Source of the DNA: Mytilus californianus
Lineage: Eukaryota
Direction of reading: 5' to 3'
NCBI RefSeq assembly: GCF_021869535.1
Contig: NW_026262745.1
Coordinates: forward strand, 77,252,001-77,316,000
Length of the DNA stretch: 64,000 nt
Position numbers and translations under genes: made by a program. This document shows positions 1 through 12,250 of the stretch, one piece after another. The notes beneath the pieces are model-generated. The model saw only the letters and a program-made list of their open reading frames with translations. It was not told where the DNA came from and did no database searches. How positions within the stretch are numbered: the stretch's first letter is position 1; each line of letters opens with the position of its first letter.

Positions 1-470
1 TGACTTTAGTCCTTATCATTCTGAACCCAAACAATTGCAATTTGTATTTAGCAGTTTTTTTTGTATATTAGCTATTCCATGTATTATTTACCTACAAATC
101 CACAGTTGATATGTCGTAAATAAGGAGTAAGTAGCATTATTGACTTGCTATATACTTAACAAAGGAATAACATTTTCTTTCCGATTCTTTTGAACATGTT
201 GAATGAATGTATCATTGTGTTAAATTGTGTTTAACGCGACATAATATGAAAAACGACTTAATATGAATTTGCTTTTATAATAATAATGTTTGGTAGTTCT
301 ACATTGAATTTGTCATAAGGGATATTTATTAAAGTTAAAAGTTCTATTTTGTCAGTATATTGTTAGGTTTTGGGAAACACCCAAATGATAAAATTAAATA
401 CATCTTAAGTTTTTTTTCATAAAATAGTTTCATTGCTTAGTATAATAAAAAAATGAAAAAAAAAGGTTAC

Positions 471-595
471 CTGAGTTCCCGTCTGTTTCCATGTTATAAT
501 TCCTCCCCTTAAAAATGACTGGAATGAACTTTTTGTACCAGAAAACATATTGCAAGAAAGATATGTGTTGCATTTTTAGTTAGTATTTTATTCAT
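471..595 (-). pseudogene. Exon 1 of a tandem paralog ([41 protein letters not shown]) with a +2-nt frameshift; the gene continues off the left edge
   Basis: Clear homology to 49379-49501; donor CAG|GTAACC; 125 nt versus 123 nt; the extra TA creates an in-frame TAA. Could be an assembly error beside homopolymers. Confidence 0.75.
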
Positions 596-1669
596 ATTTC
601 TATCAGACAAATATCACTTGATCGTACGAGTTGCTATGCAATGCGAATGGTAGTATGTATGCTTAGGACAATCAACTTCTGATGTCATCCAATGTTCACG
701 TGGAACTTTAAATATTTTTCAGTTTTTAGTAGTGACCTGTAAAGATATGGTCCTGGTTTTGAATAGTAATATTTTATTGTTTTCATGTTCAAATGTTTGT
801 TTAATTTTAATTTCATTATCAATAAATGTAAGTTGAAATTACGTTTTGTAAATGTGTATGGTCTTTCATAGAATATGTAATTGATAATGTGTTCACTTTC
901 CACATGTCTTATTTGATCTCTGCGATCTGATTTGAAATGTACTTGTCCTGTGATTTCATATAAAGACTGTCAATTGATGAACATTTGCAGATTATTTGCA
1001 TATGTACAAACGGGGATGTTTTATATTAAACGTATTCCTAAACAACATTTTACAACAATCATACATGTAATTTAAAAAAAAAAACATACTGTATAACACA
1101 ACACTTATATGAATGTCTTCTCAAATCTCAAAAAGAAATATCATTTGTATTCAAAACAACTAATAACATGAATAATGTAAAAATAAATATTAGTAAGAAG
1201 TATAGTACACAGTTACACATTAAAGGAAAAATTATTATAAGGCCATCAAGAAATCAAAAAGTTGTTTATATCTTAGTAAACATCATTCTTTAGATTTGCA
1301 AAGATACTCAATAAATGAAATTCTTTATTGTCATATAATTAAACAAGATACTTGAGACAAGTAAAAATAATCACAAAAATAAACTGATATGAATACAATA
1401 ATGCTATAAATCATCCATTTTTTATTTATCAAATTTGTCTTACATATTTCATTTAAAAACTGCAAGAACAGAGGAGGGACGACATTCTTGTACAACGCAA
1501 GTTTGGTTTGATATTAAATTAGTTGAATTAGATTTTAAACATTTGACTAGACGTTAAAAAAACAACAACAGCAATAAAAAGATATTGTGCTACAAGATAT
1601 ATTTTAAAAAGATTATAATGTGTGTAAATATCTTTTCGAATAAGGACATGGCTGATATATATATTTTTT

Positions 1670-2635
1670 CCAAAGTGGACTTGGGTATAGTAATCTTATC
1701 AGTATTGTCTTCTCACGACCGGCTGTAAAACCGTTGCAAAAGCTAGGCGCCTGTTCTACTGCGCTGGATGTATAAATTTGTAATCACGTCCGATAATAAT
1801 TGGGATGTTAAATCTGACGCCTCGTGTTGAGAGAAGGCGTCATGCCTCTACACGCGAAAAACATTACATTAAGTTGTTGAGAGTCCTTGAGTGATAGTGG
1901 CTAGTGGACAGACTGTATTTGTTAATAATATACAGTCACACCTATACGAAGCAGTCACTCATTGGAAGAATTAAAAGTGATCCTCAAGAGAGGTGACTAT
2001 TGTAAAAGATTCTAAAATTTTCGATTCCGAAATCGCCCGTGGGCGGAATCGCGTCAAAATGTGTTCAATCGGTAGAAATATCGTTTTTGGAGCAGTGAAA
2101 TAGAAAATGGAGGATTCCGGCGTTATTATTTGAAAGAAAACTTTCGAAATATGTTAATATTCGACGTGAAATAAGTCGGTAATACCATTTTAAATGGAAA
2201 CTGAAAGTAGTTAAATTCAAGGAATTCACGAATTTACCTCCTAAGGCACGATATTTGTTGCGAACGGGTTCAAATTCTCATTTTGACTTCAATACTGAAC
2301 ACATGTATTTTTTATTCTGATTATATTGGTAGTTAAAACGACGATTTCTCGCAAAATAGGTGACCGCTGACAGCATTACATAGGCGACCACTGAAATGAG
2401 TTGAATTATATCGAGAAAACGTTTGGGAGGGGCTGAAAGTCACCGTTAGACACAGGTGACAACTGAAACGAGGTGACCGTTGAGGCAGTTGTGACAATAA
2501 ATTTTAGTAGCAGTCCAATTTATCCACTCTTTAACTTATGCGACCTGCCTTGAACAACCTACTTATTGTATGTATTTTTCATTTTTTCTCATCCTGAACA
2601 TGAAAGACATTTTTGCCACTGGACTTAAAACAAAC
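1670..2635 (+). mobile_element. Degenerate SINE interrupted by a MITE
   Basis: Core at 1700-1880; tail TTTGCCACTGGAC at 2610-2635. Confidence 0.6.
1931..2499. mobile_element. MITE with TACAGTCACAC.. terminus and subterminal AGGTGACC repeats
   Basis: Imperfect inverted termini; nested in the SINE. Confidence 0.55.
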
Positions 2636-2959
2636 TGTAGGATCTGGAACATAATGTTATGGAAGGACAAGGAATGGATTTATAATACTCTTCTATAAAA
2701 ACATTTAATTTTTGTGTAATCTGGAAATATTTCAAGTTGAAAATGAACATCATTTAATTCGATATTTGGTAGAAAACTCTATTTCTTCAGGTAACTTACA
2801 GCAAAAGACAAGTTTTGTTTGTTTTTTTCATTTTTGTCATGTTTTTTTTTTTATTAATTTGCCCTGAAAAAGAAAAAAAATATGCTTAAACAAATAAAAT
2901 AAACTGTAACTTCAATTGAAAGAGTTGGTCCTGCTTTGTTTCATAAAAAAAATGGCTTA

Positions 2960-4205
2960 CGTAGATACAAGTATCTTGTCTTAGGGAGGGATACATCCTA
3001 CTTTGTAAAAAATCACTCTGATTCAAACGGAAAATATTTTCTGAAACTGACATTATAAGATGCGTGATTTCTTGATTGACAACAGATTTGTTACGTTTGG
3101 AGGACGTGTTTTTCGACAAACAATCGGCATTCCCATGGGAACAAACTGTGTCCCTTTTGTTGAGTTGTTCCTATATTCATATGAGACTGATTTATACAGG
3201 AACTTTTTTGGAAGAAAGAAAAGAAGTTAGTAGTATCCTTTAACTTTATTTTCTGCTATATACTGTGGATTCATTATTATTCGTTGGATACCAATTTTCG
3301 TGGATTTCGTTAGTACAGGTGAACCACGAAATTAAATGTTCAACGAATGACAAATTTTCTATAGACTTGTATGCAGGCTTCGGCAAATCCATGAAATTAA
3401 ATATCCACGAATATGCAAGTTTTCCTTAATCCACGAAAATTGATACCCACAAAAATAAATGAATCCACAGTAGATGATGTTCTCTCACTAACTAATTCAA
3501 AACTTGGTGACTATGTTGAAAACATCTATCCCATCGAACTTGAGATAAAAGATACAACAGATACAGTAAAGTCTGCCTCATATCTTGACTTGCATCTAGA
3601 AATTGACAATGAGGGTCGGTTGAAAACAAAACTTTATGAGAAAAGAGATGATTTCAGCTTCTCAATTGTGAACTTTTCATTTCTATGTAGCAACATTCCA
3701 GCAGCTCCAGCATACGAATTATATATATATCTCATTTGATACAATATTCCAGGGCTTGTATTTTCTATCATGATTTCCTTGATAGAGGGTTGCTGCTCAC
3801 AAGGAAGCTATTACACCAAGAGTTCCAAGTGGTGAAGTTAAAATCGTCCCTTCGTAAGTTTAACGGACGCCATCACGAGTTGGTTGACCGTTATGGAATA
3901 TCCGTTTCACAGATGATAGCGGATATGTTCCTAATGTCGTAAATACAATCCCGTCCCCTTTTATCGAATGTGACCTACCGAATTAGACTTATCACCGGGT
4001 TTGATCTAACATGAGCAACACGACGGACACCACATGTGGAGCAGGATCTGCTTACCCTTCCGGAGCATTTGAGATCACTCCTAGTTTTTGGTTGGGTACG
4101 TGTTGCTCTGTCTTTAGTTTTCAATGTTGTGTTTTGTGTACTATTGTTTGTCTATTTTTTTTTTTAAGCCATGGGGTTGTCAGTTATTTTCGACTTATGA
4201 GTTTG
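2960..4205 (+). mobile_element. Penelope-like retroelement RT copy (degenerate, 5'-truncated) with conserved 3' end
   Basis: QTIGIPMGTNC, YIDD, YPIELEIKDTTDT, SASYLDLHLEID and LKTKLYEKRDDF motifs; frameshifts. Confidence 0.88.
3263..3470. mobile_element. MITE (TIR CTGTGGATTCATT, TA TSD) inserted in the RT YIDD codons
   Basis: Inverted termini; TA duplicated at 3261-3262 and 3471-3472. Confidence 0.85.
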
Positions 4206-4324
4206 AATGTCCCTCATGTATCTTTCGCCTCTCTTTTATTGGTAATGTGTGTTTTTTTTCTTTATGATAGCCATGGAACCATTTCATACATAAGCTAAAA
4301 CAATTTACATTTCATCATTAAATT

Positions 4325-4690
4325 TTACGATAACATTAACGCTACCAATTGAAGTGCGCTAGTCGCGCATTTCCATAATCAATGTCTTTTGAGTAATGTT
4401 CGAGGCAAAATATTTATATTTCCAAAACTTGATACAAACACTTAAGAGCCGATACCACCGAATAGAACCAAAAGTATAGCTAGCAGTGGACAAGGAATCA
4501 TGAAAATCTTTAAATAGTACATTTTAATTACGCATATGTTAATGCAAGTACCGAAATACTTAGCCCCTAAGCTGGTTTCAACAGAGAGGACTAACAGACG
4601 GCCAGCAGATACATCTTCCTAGTGATAAAAATGATATTAACGGTACCAATTTAAACTGAACCTGATGCGCATTTAGAGAATTAATTATCA
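4325..4690 (-). mobile_element. Decayed retrozyme-like unit of the 48.2-kb hammerhead family, with hammerhead remnants at both ends
   Basis: Repeated AACG(C/G)TACCAATT..GCGCATTT motifs ~310 bp apart. Confidence 0.4.
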
Positions 4691-6996
4691 TTAGTAATAC
4701 AAACTTCTCAGTTTTCTAGTATACACAGAAACATATCCCATCTTATATTTGCACATAGTTTACTGCTCCCTACATGTATAACATTAATCACAAGATTTCA
4801 AAACATTCCACTTTTAAACATATTGTAAACCAACCAACCAAGTTGTCTTTGTTTTGTTTTTTGTTTTTGTTGTCTAACATGTTTACTACTTTGTCATACC
4901 GTGGTCTGTTATATTATGTGTGTGTGCTCATGGTATGACCATACGGTGACCTGTAACTGTTTATATCTTTGCTATTGGTCTTTATGGATAGTTGTGTATT
5001 GAAAATCAAACCACATGATCCATTTTGTATTTGCATCCAAAATATGTCATCATCGCAGTGTAAGCAAATACTGTAGATCAAAATTATCTGCATGTTCCGA
5101 GTTGAAGAAAGAAATTGTATGAGTATTATTACATTATCTTCACTTCTGCCTACAATAAAATTGTTTCATTCTGAAAAAAAGCAATGCCACTAAACAAACT
5201 ATTTTTTTCTGAAATCTTAATATACTCAATTTGTGTCTATGAAATATATTAATCAAAAGAGCTTACGTGGTTCTGACAAAGAATTGCAGGAAAAATAGCA
5301 TAATGATATATTAGTAATGAAATGTTCAAATACTTTGATACAAAAAAACGATAAATATTAAAAACAACAACAACAAAATTGTTCAGCTTTATTCTGTATA
5401 ATTATTTATGAATATGAAATTCACTATCTTAAAACCTTTATTTGTAATCATCCAAGGCCTGTTTGTACTTCTTGTCATCCTGCATTTTTGTTAGGTATTT
5501 GTCCTCGATTTTACGTTCTGTGCCATGTTGTTATTGACAGCGAATTTGATGCAATTTGTAGAGTTATTTGTCTCACTTAATTTTGCTGTCATGCCTTATT
5601 CTGACATAATTCAGTTGTATTACAACTCTCATACAGTGTATACTACATTGTTCATGAATTATCCTCAATAATCATAAGTCTCTATGTTTGTTTGGAATTC
5701 CATGCAAAAATTTTGAATTGGAATTTCTCCACTTAATCATATGGCAAAATCCTAGGTACTTTATTCATAGGATTTTTCCGTCTTGGATCTAACACTAAAG
5801 TGTCTTGGAAAACTTCCTTTGGCGGATATTTACAAACTTGTTGTGTAATTCAATGAAAAATGCTTAAAATTTGACTATTTACGAAATGAGAAGGTTGTAA
5901 TCATCATGTTTTTAAAAGAATTTTACCAAAATTCAAGAAAACACGTGAAATTAATTACTCTGAAAAATCATCATGCAAGGTTGTTCCCTATATGCGGACA
6001 AATCATAAAAATATCTTTTTGTATCTTCATATCTATTTTTAATCTTGCTTTTTTACGAACATTCGTTATTTCATTTAGCAATTATGCTACGATAAATCAT
6101 TACGCTTCCGATTTTCAAACTGAAAAGGCAGAAAGTTTTCACAGCAAACAATGTTCATTTGTACCAAACAGAAGGCAAAAAACATGTACAATTCACTTAT
6201 ATGCGGACAAATGGTTGAAGTGACTAAGGAATGGTCATATTTGCATATTTATTTTTGGAGCATGTACAATTCTATCGTAATGGCTGTTGTCATGATAGGC
6301 AATAAGGCGGCAATGCAAAGTGGCAAAGTACTCCAATTTTTGCCATACGATTGGATACCTAAAGTACATAAGTGTCCTTACAAACAAAGCTATATTACTG
6401 GGCTTTCCAAGAGTTCCACAATACCTATTTCTTAAATTATTAACATGGATTTTATCAGCAATCGAGGCTTCAAAGTTATGATAAAACTACCTATTATAGG
6501 GGCGCTGTGAATCGGATGTAGATACTTGAAAATTCTAAAAAATCTTTAGAGTGCATTCAATCTAGGGCTCTTTCCTCTTGCAATAGTATTAAAACATTTG
6601 ACCTATTTACCCCTTACACAAATACTCCCGATTTCAAATTAAACGACAAGTTGGAAATTGGTCCTACATTGTTTCATAACTAAATAAAGGCAACAGTAGT
6701 ATACCGTTGTTCAAAAGTCATAAATCGATTAAGAGAAAATAAATCCTGGTTACAGACTAAAACCGAGGGAAACAGATCAACAATACGAGGAAAACAAAGG
6801 AACAACAGGAACACTGAAAGGGCAACAAAAACAAATGCCAACATACATAGAAACGAACTGCCATATTCTTGACCTGGTACAGGACATTTTAAGAAAAAAT
6901 AGTGGGTTGAACCTTGTTTTATGGCTAGCCAAACCTCCCGCTTATATGACAATGTTTAAAAATATCGCTAAAACGACACCACTACATGACAGAAAT

Positions 6997-7000
<4 letters not shown>

Positions 7001-7029
<29 letters not shown>
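7001..7029. repeat. (CA)n microsatellite
   Basis: Direct read. Confidence 0.95.
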
Positions 7030-7032
<3 letters not shown>

Positions 7033-7034
7033 AG

Positions 7035-8480
7035 AACACTCATCACAGAGAAACGCACAAATAAATGATATAATAGTCGACACAACATGCAAACCGCAGA
7101 ACAACAACGAACCTCTTCCATCAACGGCAGACACCACAAGACATCACAAACAGTGACGCACTTACGTAACGAACATGCAATCACGAACTTTATACAATTA
7201 TTTTCACAATAACAGTCCAAACAATTTGCATGACAATGATGGTATTGAAAGGCTGTTTTATAATTATTTGGACTACAAACGATAAGACATAACACATTAT
7301 CCAACTGAAACCATAACAGAAACATCAAAAATAAAAAAAAATACATGAATGTTGGATGTACAATATACTGAGACACGTCGTATAGCAATGCAAATTCACA
7401 CTCGGTATAACAGTCATATTCGGGACTTAGCAGACAGACGACATAGATGTTACACCACAATCTGAGACGTTGTAAAATGTCATTAGTTAGTTTAGACACA
7501 GAAACATCGTATAGATCAACCAATTTGTGATGGTGTCCATAAAATTTACGGAGTGTCATTTTTAATCTTTCCTCCTCATAACTCTATTGGAGCAGTTTCT
7601 GCGTAAGGAACACACTCCTGTATATAAAGTCAGTATAGTGTGAACATACACGAGCATAATGTATCAATTGAAATATGTAAACACCATACGACGGAGCAGA
7701 GGGTATGTTACTGCTGAGAAATGGGAAATTGGTAATTGGAAAGTTGAAATCATCCCATTTGTCATAGATTTTAGTGTGAAGTCGTCCATCGGTGGGTGTC
7801 AATATTGAGGAAAAGATCAAGGTATGAAGCAGTTTTCTTGTATCAGTAGTATCCTTAATTTCAAGTTCACTTGGATATATGAGATGCAAGTACTGACTGA
7901 AATATGGGTTAATCAGTGATAGGACATCATCAATATATCTGAAAGTAAATTTAAGAATTTTGCAAGGTGCTTTTTCTTTTTGTCTTTTAGAAGGTTCTGA
8001 ATAAATTCTGCATCATACGAGTACAAAAACAAGTCGGCCAGAAGGGGTGCACAATTAGTGCCCATTGGAATACCGACTGTCTGTTGAAATATCAATCCTC
8101 CAAACTCAACAAATATTTTGTCGATTAAAAAGTCCAGCATTTTGATAATATCATCTTCACTGTATTTTCTGATAGAATCAGTGTGGTTCTTCACAAAATA
8201 AGAATTATTATAACCCAAAACAAGACATTTATATCTACGATTCCCATTTTATAGAAAAAGCTCTGTTTAATGAGCTGGTGAAGTCGATCCTTCAATTGAG
8301 CATGGGGAATAGTAGTGTAAAGCGTAGAAAAAAGCAAAGGTCTTAATATTGCTGCAAAATTGCAGTGATTGTGATCTAAGATTAACAGTAGATCTTTCGA
8401 ATTTTTGAGAATCCACATCGGATTGATACCACTGGTTGAATATATCTCATCGCAATATTTTTGAAAGCCATCTTATACTG
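7035..8480 (-). mobile_element. Penelope-like retroelement RT copy (related subfamily)
   Basis: LFSTLYTTIPH, QTVGIPMGTNCAPLLADLFLYSY, YPSELEIKDTTD and LRKFYGHH motifs split over frames. Confidence 0.88.
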
Positions 8481-8519
8481 TAGAAAGAATAGTAGTCAAC
8501 ACTAGAAAAAATGGCAAAC

Positions 8520-9640
8520 GTAGTTACAAGTACCTTGTCCTAAGAAAGGATACATCGTACTTTATAAAAAGAATACTCTTATTCAAAAAAAAAATCTCTG
8601 AAACTGACATTATCAAGTTGCTTGATATATTCGTTGACAGAATATTTTTAGTTGTGATCAATTTTAGTTAGTTATGCTTTAGGTTTGGCATGTTTAGATG
8701 TGTAGTTTATTAGTGGTTTGCATGTATTGCAATATACCTGTGTTGTATCTTTGCATTGAAATAATTGCTGCATATATATCTTATCTGCATGTTCTGTGTT
8801 TAAATGTTATGTATATGTTATTTATATTCGGTAAAAATCTCTCAAGAGCTTATGTTTGTACTGTTATATGTGAACCAAATCAAAATCAAAATTCGTATTC
8901 TTATTCGTAACGCTTAGAGGACTTGTTTTTCAACAAACAATCGGCATCAGCATGGAAACCAACTGTGCTTCTCTTCTTGTCGACGTGTTCCTTTATTCTT
9001 ATGAGGCTGACTTCACACAGGAGTTTCTAAGGAAGAATGAAAAGAAGATAACATTATCATTTAACTTGATGTTCCGCTTTAAAGATGATGTTCTATCACT
9101 AAAAATTTCAAAATTTGATGACTATGTTGAACTCGTCTATCCCATCGATCTTGAAAATTGAGATACAACAGATACAGTAAAGTATGCTTCATATCTTGAC
9201 TTACATCTAAAATTGATTGCTTACAAAGAAGTTATTAAACTAAGAGTTCCAAGTGGTGAAGTTCAAATCTTCCCTTCGACAATAAACGGACGCCGTTGGT
9301 TGACCGTTATGGAATATATGTTTCACAGATGACGACAGATATGTTCCAATTGTCGTAATCACAATCTCTTCCTCTTTTTTCGAAATTGACCTACTGAATT
9401 AGACTTATCACTGGGTTAATATAATCATCAGCAATTTGACGGGTGGCACATGTGGAGCAGGATCTGCTTACCCTACCGTAGGATTTGATGGGGCTCGTAT
9501 TGATCAGACTTTTAGTTTTTATGTTTTATTTGTGCGCTGTTGTTTGGCTTCTCGTCGTTTTTCCTTTTTTGCCATGGCATTGTAAGTTGGTTTCGAATTA
9601 CGAGTTTGAACATCCCTTTGTTATATTTAGCCTCTTTTTA
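8520..9640 (+). mobile_element. Penelope-like RT copy with internal deletions/insertion
   Basis: TNCASLLVDVFLYSYEADF and FKDDVLSL motifs; same 3' end as 2960-4205. Confidence 0.8.
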
Positions 9641-11739
9641 ATTAACATAGTTGCATAAAAGTAACACAACTGTTTAAGAAAAAAATACTATGGCAATTTA
9701 ACAATTGTCCAGAACATCGAGATCCTTCATAATGTAGGAAGTGATCATGTGAAAAAAGTATCACATACAGACAATAACGGCTACATGAATATATTATATC
9801 ATTAAACAACAAGACTGTTTTATGGTAAGAAAATGAGAAAAGATTTTTTTTATTATTTCATGATCACATACTAATTAATAAAATCTGGGACCTTTTTCAA
9901 ATTATGTTGTTTCCTTTGCTTGAACGTGAACTTATGGTGCTTCGTTTATGAAATGAATAATTCACATTTGGTTTTTATTCTTCATTTGTATGTGTTTTCT
10001 CTCAATAACAAAGTTAATATATTTTGCTTTACATTATATCTAATATTGTTGTTTAGACCAGATTTTTATTTGATAAATCTACGTGTATTTGTGATTTTAA
10101 ATAAACAGTAGCTATATTTTTAAATACATTGGATCCAAAATGCGAGATGAAAAAAAAAATATGAAATAGAGGATAATTTATGAAAACATGGAAAAGAAAC
10201 CAATGTAAATCTGTTAAAATTTTGATATGTGATTAAATACAAATTGTACATCAAGATATGCTAACAGCAGTAAGTTGATATTATTAGGCTGAGAACGCGG
10301 ATAATCCAATCAATTTTTGTGGACAATGATGAAACATATTAAATATTAATCAACTTAATAATACTTAAAATCTCAATTTATTAACCAAGTTTGCTTCATT
10401 AAGCTTTGCTAAAATGATATACTTAGAAAAGACAAACGCTTGCTTAATAGATTACCATAAATTATCATCTTTCATATCTTAAAATTTTAATTAAAAAAAA
10501 GGCTGACTCGTCACACAATAAACAATATAACAGTCTTGAGTTTCAATTCTATTAAAAGTAAGCAAATTTTGAATATTTAGCGTACATATTACAATTACTA
10601 GGAATACCATCCTACACAATGCTTGAATACAGTTCAGATGTGGATGTGTTTTGATTTCTAATGATATGTAAAATGAAAGAAGTCAAACGGAGCGAATCAT
10701 AACTATCATTGTAAACGTCATTTTGACAATATATTAGTTACCATCGCCACAGTTCATTATATAACGTAATGCTTAAAAACTAATTCCCAGAGGTTTACAT
10801 GAGAGTGACGATTTCTAAAACAGTTGAACCATATAAAAGTCTTGCCTGTGATGATGTAACAGACATGTTTGCTTAATTTTCATTGCTGATATTATATAGA
10901 TAAATTCCAGACGGTGTGTTTTTTTTTTATGTAAAATAGTATATGATTCGTATCATATTCTACATCATTGATATCAACAAGACGTATAGTCTCACTCTGG
11001 ACTATGGTATGACCTGGCACTTTCGAAAACTAACAAATTCACACTTTCATGAAGGATAATGCTTGCTGATGCTGGCAGAATATCCTCATAAAAAATTTAA
11101 AGGTAGGCAAATTTGATGATCACTTATTCCAATGTGTAGATGTAGTAATATACATCGAAAAATAATCACGATAACGATTGAAACAAACAAGTACCAAATC
11201 GCCATGAACTTATCCAAGAAGGATCGCTTTTATAAATGTTGAGTATAATAAACAAATAAAAGGCCCGAGAACACAGTTATTTCGTAGTGCATTTCTTTTA
11301 GACAATAAAGTCAAATTAAAAAAATCGCACCTGCTCTATCTCAAAAAGATTTTTACAGTGTAGTGTACTTCTATTGGGACAAATAATATCAAAACTATAG
11401 AAAAGTCTACCAGCTCTTACTCAAAATATTGACAATTCTATGTTAAGGGGGTCTACAATTCAGTTTGACAGCTGCAGACATACTAGTTTTTGACCTTTTT
11501 TAACTGGACCAAATCACTACTTAACATAAAGATTCAGCACCCAATTTTTTTTAACATGTAATTTCATCTCCTTACTTAATATTTCATGCATAAAATATAA
11601 AGAAATAAATTTGGAAAATGTATGACAAAAATTTCGAGTTATACACTGTCCACACTAGGGACTATATTTGTAGACAACGACAATCTAAGGACGATAACTG
11701 TGTCCTCGGAACTTATAGTATAGAAAGACTTGACCAATT

Positions 11740-12250
11740 CTAATAAAACTTTGCATGGCCTAAGTCATTGCAACCATATAGTGTCGCAGTTCCCAATTGT
11801 CGAATCCAGTAGTCCTCTTTTTGTCTACGAAGAGGCGTTGCAAGTTGAGGATTGTTAGTCTTGTGGTATATTTTTTCGATAATACGAACTGTCATAGAAA
11901 CGATGGAATGATCAGGCTGATTAAAATGCTGGTACAGAATGTCGTTTGCATTGAGGTTGATATCTGATCTATGGCCGCACATACGTTTGTTTAGCCTTCC
12001 TTTCGTTTCACCGACGTAAACCAATCCGCAAAGGTTACACTCTAATCCGTAGACGACATTTATAGATTTACAATTCAGATCATCGTAACTTCTAGTAAAA
12101 CAAGACTTTTTAGTTAAATTGCTAGTGAATTGAGCATCTGTTAATAAAATTTCACAAGTTTTGCAGCCATTTGTTCCACATTTTGAAATGAGACAGTGTT
12201 GTTCAGAGTCATCAAAATCCAAAATGTCTTTAAGGAGAACTGAACATGGC
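11740..12250 (-). mobile_element. GIY-YIG endonuclease fragment of a Penelope-like element
   Basis: CKTC..NCKSINVVYGLECNLCGLVYVGETKGRLNKRMCGHR..HF..H..RRQKEDYWIRQLGT. Confidence 0.88.
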
